Shown here: piece after piece, positions 52,870-63,991 of the stretch | Layout: each line of letters begins with the position of its first letter | Numbering within the stretch: position 1 is the stretch's first letter | Assembly (NCBI GenBank): GCA_964016885.1 | Contig: OZ024742.1 | Location: forward strand, 52,514,001-52,578,000 | Length of the DNA: 64,000 nt | Source: Eledone cirrhosa | Lineage: Eukaryota | Direction of reading: 5' to 3' | Notes under the pieces: generated by a model | What the model was told of the DNA's origin: nothing | The model's input: only the letters and a program-made list of their open reading frames with translations | Databases searched by the model: none | Program-made: the position numbers and the translations under genes

Positions 52870-53200
52870 GAAAGTTACAAATCAGCATAGCCACACATCT
52901 CGCCCTCTCCATTAACGTTTGAAAATCGTGAAACTTGTGAATCTGGTAAAGTTATTTTAAATAAGCCAACTTCTTTTTCCTATACGTTTGGACAAATGTG
53001 TCTGTTGAAACCAGCATTCTCCCATGCATACTGGTCTCCAATCTCCATGTCACCGATGTTGTCCAAAGCAAGGGTTGATACAGCTTGCCACCAGTGAATA
53101 TACTGGAGGAACGGGAAATAATGCATCTTGTTCAAGGACACAACAAACTCACAACATTCTAATTACAAGCCCAACTATTTAACCTCTAAGCCACGCGCCA
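52870..53200 (-). mobile_element. Degenerate tRNA-derived SINE of a second family
   Basis: A-box-like TGGCTTAGAGG followed by GTTGTGTCCTTGAACAAGA. Confidence 0.5.
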
Positions 53201-53217
53201 TTATATACATATGTGTA

Positions 53218-53307
<90 letters not shown>

Positions 53308-54838
53308 TATATATACATATATATATATACATATATATATATATACAGATTTCTATGTCCGGCCATTCAGTTATGTGGTTTTTAGTGTTATATTTTAATT
53401 ATCTTTGCCTCACTAGTCATTATATCTGTGTGTAGAGTCCTATTAAAAGTTATAGCTTGAGAGCAGATACTTGATAAGACTCAATTCTTGTATTGCTACA
53501 TTCTTTAAGAACGTGAAGAGTGGAAGGTCAGATTATCATATTTCTGTTGATGCTGTTGTAGAAACTGTTGTTAATTTTCTCATTGCGTCTTGTCTTTTAT
53601 TTTTGTTGTTTTCTTTCTATCAATCTCCATTTATGAGTGGACTTCCTCTCAATTATTATGCCGTTTTCCTCTCCAGAATGTTCATTATCAAGAAAACAAA
53701 AACAAAACGGAAACATGAATATTTCTCACTTTTCAGTCTTAATTTGTTTACTTAATTGTTCTATTCAATTGTGTAGTTATATGAAATATATCGACTTCAT
53801 TAATATGTATAAGTACATTTCTCTCTGTGTGCATCTATACATGTGTAAGTGTTTGTCTCTGCGTGTTTGTCTCTGTGTGTACGAGTAAGTATATGTATGC
53901 GTGTGTATGGAAATATATGTGTCTGTGTGTTTAATTGTGTGCACGTATATGTGTGTGAATTCCCGCATAACTTCATTGTCCATTACATTCCCCCTACCAG
54001 CTTAAATGCCAAATTCATATAGTATGTAAAACTTGAAAATATTATATCATTAAAGAGGATTCAGCTGTATATATTTATATACAAACATTATATACATACA
54101 TAATAAATATTTTTTCTGAAGAAGAACGGAAGTAAACCGCAATTAAATAACGTACTCAATTCAATAGTAGGAAGGTATATATTTATTTTATGTAGAAAAA
54201 AACTTGTCCAGGACAATTATTTCACAAGAGTGAAGCAGTTCTGTCCTGTGGAAGTTATTTCTATATAACAAATATGTTTATCCTATACCAACGTATTGAG
54301 TACGTTATTTAACTGTGGTTATTTGCCGATGCCCTTCGTGAAACTATATATATATATATCGCTCTGTTACGGTCAGAAACATATACTCTTATAGCTGATA
54401 AAAACCAACAAAATACGCACATACCTCTACTTACACCTTCACAATTCTGTACACGTACACATACACTCCCTTATATTAACATACTTTTGCTCACAGCTTC
54501 GTACTTACAAGCACACACACACACTCGTTTACCTACATATACACATATTATCTTAGCTTCGTATGGAAGTATATTAACACACATAAACACTAAACACACA
54601 CACACACGTACAAATATACGCGCTCGCACACGTATAGTTCTATATACAAAACGGTTTTTATTCCCTTTCAGATGTCGCAGTCCATCATCCACTTTTCTAT
54701 AAAAGAATATCATACACAAACCCCCAGCATGAACAGTTTTCCAATACATAGCAACATGAATGGACCTGTTATTTTTCTCGAAAAAATCTTTTCGATCCTG
54801 CCCTGCAAGTCCCCTCAATCTTTCCAATTTCTCTTCTT

Positions 54839-54874
54839 TCTTCTGATGAAGGACTAGCGTCCGAAACGTTAAGA
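54839..54874 (+). ncRNA. Minimal type I hammerhead ribozyme motif
   Basis: TCTT-CTGATGA-A-GGAC(TAGC)GTCC-GAAA-CG-TT-AAGA. Helix III is only the palindrome ACGT. Confidence 0.75.
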
Positions 54875-54960
54875 CCTTCTTCCTGCTATTTCAAGCGTTA
54901 AACTTTGTTATTTCTATTAACCTTTTACATACATATATATATATATATATGTGTGTGTGT

Positions 54961-54993
<33 letters not shown>

Positions 54994-55291
54994 GTTTGTG
55001 TTTGTGTTTGTGTGTTTGTGTTTGTGTGTGTGTGTGTGTGTGTTCGTGTTTGTGTGTTTGTGTGTGTGTAAAAAGTAAAATGAAACAAAAGATCAAACAA
55101 CAGAGTACAATGAATAATGATTTAGTTTAACGCTTGATATAGTACAGAAAGTGTCGTTGCATTTCGAACACTATTCCTTCATCAGAAGATAGAATGAGAA
55201 ATAAAACATGAAATAGAAAGAGAGAGAGTGAGAAGAGGGAGGAACGGAAAAAATATTTTTGAGAAAAAGGACGTGTGTATTCAGTCAGCTA

Positions 55292-55386
<95 letters not shown>

Positions 55387-55587
55387 TTAGTTATACTATT
55401 TATGGTTATGTAAACACAAAACCTTAAGCAGTTGTAAGTATTTTACACACACCCTAAATAGTGGTAGGCAGTAATGTATTACTACCTTATTACCAGTAAG
55501 TTAAGTAGCTCAATGTAAAAACATCAGATGATTTACAGAGCAGTTATATGAAATATAAGAATCAAAGAACTGTTCAAAACATTATTG

Positions 55588-55634
55588 TGCTTACAGCTGT
55601 TTCCTCCAAACCGAGGTTTGGATTCTTCGGAGCA
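55588..55634 (-). ncRNA. Variant hammerhead ribozyme motif of the PLE
   Basis: TGCT-CCGAAGA-A-TCCAAAC(CTCG)GTTTGGA-G-GAAA-CAGCTG-TA-AGCA. Confidence 0.75.
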
Positions 55635-57077
55635 ATTTATTAATGCATGGACAGTTATATGACCTCCTTTTCAGCCGAGAGACATACCAATACATATTCA
55701 AGCATTGATACATATTCAAATATTGTGGGTCAACATTCATTACAGAATTTAGAGTGGCAGTACACACTTCGAGATTACATTTATATTAATAGGTACAATC
55801 AAAAATCAAAGATATAGGTTAAAGTACAACATGAAGATAAGTGGTTATATAGTGCAAATGTTATATGTGTGGCACGCATGTGCGTCTTGTTTATATAGTG
55901 TGGCAGAGAGATATGTGTGGTAGAGGCACTTAGGTAGGTAAATAAGAGTGTTAGGTTGGTAGATCTGGTGGCAAAGTCTTTATATGATTGATATAGTCTG
56001 TGTGTGGAGAAATATTATAAGCGTTAAAGATAGTGCAAGCATTAAAAGTGTTATAAGTATTGGAGATGCACAGCGCAGGGATGTCAAGTAATTCATGTAC
56101 TTCGGCATTTTCATGGTCAAGGGAGTGTATATTTCGATTATATGCCTTTCACATAATCCACGACAATCCAGTTAGAGATCGTAGTCTGGTGTTCTTTAGT
56201 TCGATACAGGAGGTTGTTACGTTTCGAGAGACGCCAATGAATACCGGAAGTGTGTGTGTGGCTAAGGGGAGTTAATGCATGCGGGGAGGTAACTCTGGGG
56301 TTTCTATATCTAGCCATTAAAATGTGTCCCAATATAGACCCTAAATTCTATGGTGAGGTGCACCTTCCAAGAGAGACTTTTAAAGCATAAAGTGTACTAA
56401 CTATAGAGTAGTTTAACTAAATTATGCTGAAGGTGATCATATTATTATTAAGGTGGATTAACCCATCTTAAGGTGCTACAAATGGAAATTATAGATGATG
56501 AGCGAGGATTCTAAATTAATGATCTCTGTGGTTGTAGTCTGCTCATATGACCAGGCGCGGTGATTGCAGGATTGCTTCAGGACCCAATGATCTCTGGTAA
56601 GATCTGGGTCATCGCTTGCTACATTGGATGTCGAAAGATAATCGTCCCCAGGCAGGCCAAAGGTCAATCCGCAGTCCTCGCGACCCCTCTCTGACCGTCA
56701 GATCATCCATATACGTACAACCCGCACGGCAGTTGCATTGCATTCACTCACCGCGCTCAGCAGCCCGGTCCTACTGGTCAACAGTGCTACTCGATTAAAT
56801 CATTTTACATCTGTCTAAGGAAGGTGTTTCCTCTGCCCAACACCATCCAACCGATCAATTCATGCTCAAATTACCCTTAGAGCGGTGTAGTGCCGTCCAG
56901 GTGGGTGGATGTTGTCACACCTGCCGTAGAGGTATAAACGGGTATTTTCCCTGCGAAGGGTTCCAGAGGGATGTCGTTGTTTGTGTTATAATGGATCAGC
57001 TAGTGTTGGGTATGTAGTATAGGGTGTGTCTCTGGTGTTTGATGCTAGATGTGGTGTTAGGTTCCGGTCCGACATTG

Positions 57078-59537
57078 CTATATATAGGGCTTAAAGTTTT
57101 GGAAGGAATGTCTGAGGCGGTGCTGGCAAGTTGCAAACACCTCAGATTTTTTGTTAAGTAGGTTACGGTTGGAGAAGATAATATTGTGTGTCTCTAGTAT
57201 ACAGAGGTTACAGAATTTATTAGGTGGTTTGTACGAGGTCGCGCTGCCTATCACTTCCCATTTGAGTGTGTATGGTTTATTTTTAGATTTTAGATAGTGT
57301 ATGTAGCTAGAAAGTGAGGTGGAGTTGGCTAGGCTGTGCTTTTTGAACGAGTGGATGTGCGAGTTATATCTAATTTTGAAGCAGTTAGAAGTGGAGCCTA
57401 CATAGGTTTCTGAAGAGTTATTAGTCGTGACTGTGCATGAGTATATGACATCCTTGGTTAGGCATTTTTTATCTAAAGGGCAGGTTCTATTAGCTCTACA
57501 GTTACAATTATTCTGTGCGTTAGTCCGCTGGTTATAATGCAATGCGGAAGTCTGTGTGGTGGATATAGGATTTTGGGTGTTCAGGTTGACAACCCTGGTG
57601 TTATTACTTATACTAGTGTTATTTCTATTGTTACTGCCGTTGCTATTGTTGCTTGCTACAGTGGTATTTAGAGGGTTTGCATCCCGTTGTGATTTTGTTT
57701 GTTGGAAGTAAGAACTAATTTTACTATTATTGCTGCTAGCTATGTGGTATGCTAAGTTAGGCGTCGTAGAGTATGAGATTTTAATGGTGTTTTTGTTTAA
57801 GAGGTTGTGGTACTTGTGTCCTAGAGGGAAGTTTTTATCTAGTAGTGAGAAGAAAGCCCTAGGTATGTTGGTGGAGACATTTAGGTTGAAAGGAGGGTTG
57901 AAAAATGTATTATTTCTTCTTCTATTTTTACTTTTAGTGTTTGGTGTGTTGCTTCCTCCTAAGGCCTCACAGTAGTTTCCATGGTAATGGTTACTTCCGG
58001 TGGCACCCTCCGCTTTGGTGTACTTGTGGTTGCTATTCCTATTATTAGATTTCCTCATGGACATGTTGTGCGAGATGATGTTGTAGCTATGTGTTTTCTT
58101 AGGTAGGAACTCAATTTCTATATTATGGCCGGAGCTAGCTAATGCTTGATTGTAATATTGTGAGTTTTTGCTAAATATGTTTGCGTCATAGGACAGACTA
58201 GAGATTCTATTGGACACCCCCTTAGAGATAGAGTTTAATATTGATCTAGGGTGATTAGACTTGGTATCTACGTAAATAAGTTTCTCATTAGGCTTATGGA
58301 AAGGTGTATATATTTTTGAGTCTAGGTATAGTGTGGCGTCTAGGAAGTTAACATTTTTAGTGTTTTTGTCCATGGTGATACTAAGGTTAAAGTTTTTGAA
58401 TGTCTTATGCAGTTGTTTTCTAGTTCTTTCTATATTAAATTTTTTATATTCTATGAGTAGAAGTGCATCATCGCGGTACAAACCACCGTTGAGGTAAGGG
58501 AGGTCTTTATGGATTTCGTTGAGGAGGTATAGGCCGACCAAATCAGTGACCTGCGCCGAGTCACTAGATCCCATGGTTATGTCGAAGTTGTTGTGCGTAT
58601 CCTTGCGTGTCCATAGTTGGTCCTCGAAGGTGATTATGGTTTTACGGGCCGCAAGGATGACATCAACCTGGGCTCTAGTCAGGTCGCTATTGGTCATGGC
58701 CATGATAAGTGCCTTATTTAATAGGATAGGGGAAATAGAGGTGTAGTATGAATTGATATCAAATTGAATAAATTTTTTGTTCTTATTATTCTTGATATCC
58801 TTAAACCATTCAATTACTTCACCCGTATTTCCCCATTGTTTAAGGTGTATCTTGTGTTTAATTTGTGGGATGATTTTATCCAAAATCTTCTTGCTGATAA
58901 TACCAATGTCGGACTTGGAAGGGCAGATAAGTTTTATCGTGGGGTTGCTGATGAAGTTCTCCTTATGGTCCTTCAGAGAGAATCTAGGGGGGTTCGGAGT
59001 GAAAGGTTGTGTATGCCTCTGTAGTCCTAGTTTAGACACTATATTATAACCCTCTACATTAATATCTTCTAAGTTTTTCAAGGTGGTTTTTTTGTAGCTT
59101 TTATGTAGTTCATTATATATAAACTTTCTATAAGTAATATAATCTAGGCTGTATATGTTATTAGTTTTATCTGCGTGTACAATAATTTTATTACTAGTTT
59201 TGAATCCACTAATAGAAGTGTTAAGTTTGTTTAAGAAGGTGTTGCTTCTAATATGGTGCTTATTGTATTTAATGTTCTTAACTAGTTTAACTAGGTCATT
59301 TTCAAAGGAGTTAAGTAGAGTGTTATGAGGGGGGCTTTTAAAGGTTTTAAAGCCGAAGGAGTCAAAATTGTTAGTATTATTCAAGTTGTTAGATTTGTTT
59401 CTATCATAATGGAATGTCCTCCATCTCACTCTATTGATAAATGAATTTACACTGTTGATCAGCAATTTCTCATATGTATTCCTGGATGGTATTGGTATGT
59501 TCTTGGTTGACATGGGGAGTTGGTCTTTGATTAGCAT
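57078..59537 (-). CDS. PLE RT-GIY-YIG protein, 819 aa, intact
   Basis: KNIPIP, ADKTNN, QFDINSYY, FDITMGS, GLYRDD, VNFLD, FNPPF, CNCRANRTC (CxCx5C), VIY..YVG..R...H, KW, CNLC..E. Confidence 0.93.
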   Translation of the reverse strand: MLIKDQLPMSTKNIPIPSRNTYEKLLINSVNSFINRVRWRTFHYDRNKSNNLNNTNNFDSFGFKTFKSPPHNTLLNSFENDLVKLVKNIKYNKHHIRSNTFLNKLNTSISGFKTSNKIIVHADKTNNIYSLDYITYRKFIYNELHKSYKKTTLKNLEDINVEGYNIVSKLGLQRHTQPFTPNPPRFSLKDHKENFISNPTIKLICPSKSDIGIISKKILDKIIPQIKHKIHLKQWGNTGEVIEWFKDIKNNKNKKFIQFDINSYYTSISPILLNKALIMAMTNSDLTRAQVDVILAARKTIITFEDQLWTRKDTHNNFDITMGSSDSAQVTDLVGLYLLNEIHKDLPYLNGGLYRDDALLLIEYKKFNIERTRKQLHKTFKNFNLSITMDKNTKNVNFLDATLYLDSKIYTPFHKPNEKLIYVDTKSNHPRSILNSISKGVSNRISSLSYDANIFSKNSQYYNQALASSGHNIEIEFLPKKTHSYNIISHNMSMRKSNNRNSNHKYTKAEGATGSNHYHGNYCEALGGSNTPNTKSKNRRRNNTFFNPPFNLNVSTNIPRAFFSLLDKNFPLGHKYHNLLNKNTIKISYSTTPNLAYHIASSNNSKISSYFQQTKSQRDANPLNTTVASNNSNGSNNRNNTSISNNTRVVNLNTQNPISTTQTSALHYNQRTNAQNNCNCRANRTCPLDKKCLTKDVIYSCTVTTNNSSETYVGSTSNCFKIRYNSHIHSFKKHSLANSTSLSSYIHYLKSKNKPYTLKWEVIGSATSYKPPNKFCNLCILETHNIIFSNRNLLNKKSEVFATCQHRLRHSFQNFKPYI

Positions 59538-59790
59538 ATTGGCAATATTATATGTCAGCTCAACGATATGGAGCAGTTAATAGTATTAGTTATACTATTT
59601 ATGGTTATGTAAACACAAAACCTTAAGCAGTTGTAAGTATTTTACACACACCCTAAATAGTGGTAGGCAGTAATGTATTACTACCTTATTACCAGTAAGT
59701 TAAGTAGCTCAATGTAAAAACATCAGATGATTTACAGAGCAGTTATATGAAATATAAGAATCAAAGAACTGTTCAAAACATTATTGTGCT

Positions 59791-61983
59791 TACCACATAG
59801 CTAGCAGCAATAATAGTAAAATTAGTTCTTACTTCCAACAAACAAAATCACAACGGGATGCAAACCCTCTAAATACCACTGTAGCAAGCAACAATAGCAA
59901 CGGCAGTAACAATAGAAATAACACTAGTATAAGTAATAACACCAGGGTTGTCAACCTGAACACCCAAAATCCTATATCCACCACACAGACTTCCGCATTG
60001 CATTATAACCAGCGGACTAACGCACAGAATAATTGTAACTGTAGAGCTAATAGAACCTGCCCTTTAGATAAAAAATGCCTAACCAAGGATGTCATATACT
60101 CATGCACAGTCACGACTAATAACTCTTCAGAAACCTATGTAGGCTCCACTTCTAACTGCTTCAAAATTAGATATAACTCGCACATCCACTCGTTCAAAAA
60201 GCACAGCCTAGCCAACTCCACCTCACTTTCTAGCTACATACACTATCTAAAATCTAAAAATAAACCATACACACTCAAATGGGAAGTGATAGGCAGCGCG
60301 ACCTCGTACAAACCACCTAATAAATTCTGTAACCTCTGTATACTAGAGACACACAATATTATCTTCTCCAACCGTAACCTACTTAACAAAAAATCTGAGG
60401 TGTTTGCAACTTGCCAGCACCGCCTCAGACATTCCTTCCAAAACTTTAAGCCCTATATATAGCAATGTCGGACCGGAACCTAACACCACATCTAGCATCA
60501 AACACCAGAGACACACCCTATACTACATACCCAACACTAGCTGATCCATTATAACACAAACAACGACATCCCTCTGGAACCCTTCGCAGGGAAAATACCC
60601 GTTTATACCTCTACGGCAGGTGTGACAACATCCACCCACCTGGACGGCACTACACCGCTCTAAGGGTAATTTGAGCATGAATTGATCGGTTGGATGGTGT
60701 TGGGCAGAGGAAACACCTTCCTTAGACAGATGTAAAATGATTTAATCGAGTAGCACTGTTGACCAGTAGGACCGGGCTGCTGAGCGCGGTGAGTGAATGC
60801 AATGCAACTGCCGTGCGGGTTGTACGTATATGGATGATCTGACGGTCAGAGAGGGGTCGCGAGGACTGCGGATTGACCTTTGGCCTGCCTGGGGACGATT
60901 ATCTTTCGACATCCAATGTAGCAAGCGATGACCCAGATCTTACCAGAGATCATTGGGTCCTGAAGCAATCCTGCAATCACCGCGCCTGGTCATATGAGCA
61001 GACTACAACCACAGAGATCATTAATTTAGAATCCTCGCTCATCATCTATAATTTCCATTTGTAGCACCTTAAGATGGGTTAATCCACCTTAATAATAATA
61101 TGATCACCTTCAGCATAATTTAGTTAAACTACTCTATAGTTAGTACACTTTATGCTTTAAAAGTCTCTCTTGGAAGGTGCACCTCACCATAGAATTTAGG
61201 GTCTATATTGGGACACATTTTAATGGCTAGATATAGAAACCCCAGAGTTACCTCCCCGCATGCATTAACTCTCCTTAGCCACACACACACTTCCGGTATT
61301 CAATGGCGTCTCTCGAAACGTAACAACCTCCTGTATCGAACTAAAGAACACCAGACTACGATCTCTAACTGGATTGTCGTGGATTATGTGAAAGGCATAT
61401 AATCGAAATATACACTCCCTTGACCATGAAAATGCCGAAGTACATGAATTACTTGACATCCCTGCGCTGTGCATCTCCAATACTTATAACACTTTTAATG
61501 CTTGCACTATCTTTAACGCTTATAATATTTCTCCACACACAGACTATATCAATCATATAAAGACTTTGCCACCAGATCTACCAACCTAACACTCTTATTT
61601 ACCTACCTAAGTGCCTCTACCACACATATCTCTCTGCCACACTATATAAACAAGACGCACATGCGTGCCACACATATAACATTTGCACTATATAACCACT
61701 TATCTTCATGTTGTACTTTAACCTATATCTTTGATTTTTGATTGTACCTATTAATATAAATGTAATCTCGAAGTGTGTACTGCCACTCTAAATTCTGTAA
61801 TGAATGTTGACCCACAATGTTTGAATATGTATCAATGTTTGAATATGTATTGGTATGTCTCTCGGCTGAAAAGGAGGTCATATAACTGTCCATGCATTAA
61901 TAAATTGCTCCGAAGAATCCAAACCTCGGTTTGGAGGAAACAGCTGTAAGCACAATAATGTTTTGAACAGTTCTTTGATTCTT

Positions 61984-61995
<12 letters not shown>
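59791..61995 (+). mobile_element. Inverted 5'-truncated duplicate of the PLE (GIY-YIG part, 3' UTR, hammerhead)
   Basis: Reverse complement of ~55545-57749 with only a few differences. Ends in (TA)n. Confidence 0.95.
61906..61952 (+). ncRNA. Variant hammerhead ribozyme motif (second copy)
   Basis: Identical to 55588-55634. Confidence 0.75.
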
Positions 61996-62047
<52 letters not shown>

Positions 62048-62050
<3 letters not shown>

Positions 62051-62206
62051 GGACACACTGGAGGGGGAATACCAAGGCTAACGTATGTTGATGCCCTAAG
62101 TACAGACACTGGTCTTTTGGAGACGCAGAACATGGCAGCGATAATGAGGGACAGAGACCGCTGGAGAGAACTCGTCCATGGATCTCGGGAATTTTACCCG
62201 CCCTAG
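62048..62206 (+). mobile_element. RTE-like LINE 3' tip
   Basis: HGHTGGGIPRLTYVD..DTG..MRDRDRWRELV* followed by an A tract. Confidence 0.65.
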
Positions 62207-62228
62207 AAAAAAAAAATATATATATATA

Positions 62229-62804
62229 TATATGAAAGATGTAAAATAAGAAAATTATAGTAATTAACTTACTTACTTAAGTTTCACTCCAACTAATTAG
62301 TTTCTGGAAGGGGATATACATAGTTTTCAAAGCTATGGAGAATCCTTTCTTCATCGGGGAGTCAATTCTCGGCTAAGATTCCTGGCGATAGGCGGACACA
62401 GGGAGCTCAAACAAAAATAATTCAGTGAATGGAAAAAAAGCAAGCGCGGACTAAATTTCAAGGCAATGAAAATTTCACTGCCTTCCTGGTCAGTGGCAAA
62501 TTCAAAAGAATCAATCACGTGACATCTAGGTTAATCAGTGAGGAGTGGGGTGTTAAAAAGACAGTAGCCAAAATGTTACTATGAACCATAGTAACTTTTT
62601 TCCATTCACTGAATAATTTTTGTTTGCGCTCCCTGTGTCCGCCTATCGCCAGGAATCTTAGCCGAGAATTGACTCCCTGATGAAGAAAGGATTCTCCATA
62701 GTTTTGAACACTATGTATATCCCCTTTCAGAAACTAATTAGTTGGAGTGAAACTTAAGTAAGTAAGTTAATTACTATAATTTTCTTATTTTACATCTTTC
62801 ATAT
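62229..62804. mobile_element. Foldback element with ~210-bp inverted arms (62229-62440, 62595-62804), each carrying a hammerhead motif
   Basis: Direct comparison. + strand motif at 62672-62748: ACTCC-CTGATGA..GAAA-CTAATTAG-TT-GGAGT. Confidence 0.85.
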
Positions 62805-63082
62805 AATTGTTCTACATTTTTGTATTGAACCACAAAGTTACTAAGACAAAACCTATATCTTGCTAGCGTAAATATACATCTGTATAAATATGTTGGTAGA
62901 TATACTAATTCTTTATATATATATATATATATATGTATATATTTATTAAAATAACAGATTAAAGTTTAAGCAAAGAATCGCTGCTATTTTAATAAATATT
63001 TGCTCTACGGTTCTTATATATTTGATATATATTTATACTTATCGAGCCCTCTTAGGATTTTAGTCTTCAAATTTATTATTAT

Positions 63083-63151
<69 letters not shown>

Positions 63152-63605
63152 AAAAATGCGAAATTGTTGTAGATGTTAAAGAATCTTTTATTGAGAAGGC
63201 TGTGACACTTATTTCCCGTTTACTTATTATACACATACATGTATATATATATGTGTGTGTGAGTGTGTGTGTGCATGCGTGTATGAGTATGTGTATCTCT
63301 ATATAATAAGTAAACAGTAAGAAGGTACCAATTTAGCATCATATACATGTTTTATTCATTCATGCCGAGCGTTTCGCAATCGATCAGCTCAGGATACGAT
63401 TGCTCATCAGCTGGCCCGTCTCTGAATTTGAAAGCTCATCAAACAAGTGTATTTCAAACGTCAAACAACTTTATATATATATCAGAATGGAGGCGGTAAA
63501 AACCAGTTAGACCATTACTCACCAGAGTACTCGATACTCGCATTTTTTCATATATAGTAATAATAATAAATGTTAAGACTAAAATCCGAAGAGGGCTCGA
63601 TCAGG

Positions 63606-63687
<82 letters not shown>

Positions 63688-63727
63688 AATATATAAAACC
63701 ATAGAGCAAATATTTATTAAAATAACA

Positions 63728-63850
63728 GACAGATTAAAGTTTAAGCAAAGAATCGGTGCTTTCACCCTTCTGAAACTAAAAATCATTTTTAGTTTCAGAA
63801 GATCCCGTTGAGGGTGAAAGCAGCGATTCTTTGCTTAAACTTTAATCTAT
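63728..63850. repeat. Long hairpin in (TA)n; arm sequence also present at 62940-62985
   Basis: AGATTAAAGTTTAAGCAAAGAATCG(G/C)TGCTTTCACCCT and its reverse complement, with an inner hairpin CTGAAACTAAAAAT/ATTTTTAGTTTCAG. Confidence 0.85.
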
Positions 63851-63854
63851 TATT

Positions 63855-63991
<137 letters not shown>

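Larger units (their letters stand above)
55381..59793 (-). mobile_element. Penelope-like element (Hydra-clade-like) with pseudo-LTR direct repeats 55381-55594 and 59580-59793, inserted in (TA)n
   Basis: ~213-bp identical direct repeat, intact ORF, hammerhead motif, (TA)n flank. Confidence 0.93.

Noticed and set aside
60925-60966. SECIS-like ATGA..TGA hairpin in the PLE 3' UTR
   Set aside because: GA quartet out of register, no apical AA, and no in-frame TGA in the ORF.
61145-61402. Second PLE ORF (VYIGT motif; 64-aa ORF)
   Set aside because: Short, stop-bounded, no domain support. It appears twice only because of the inverted duplication.
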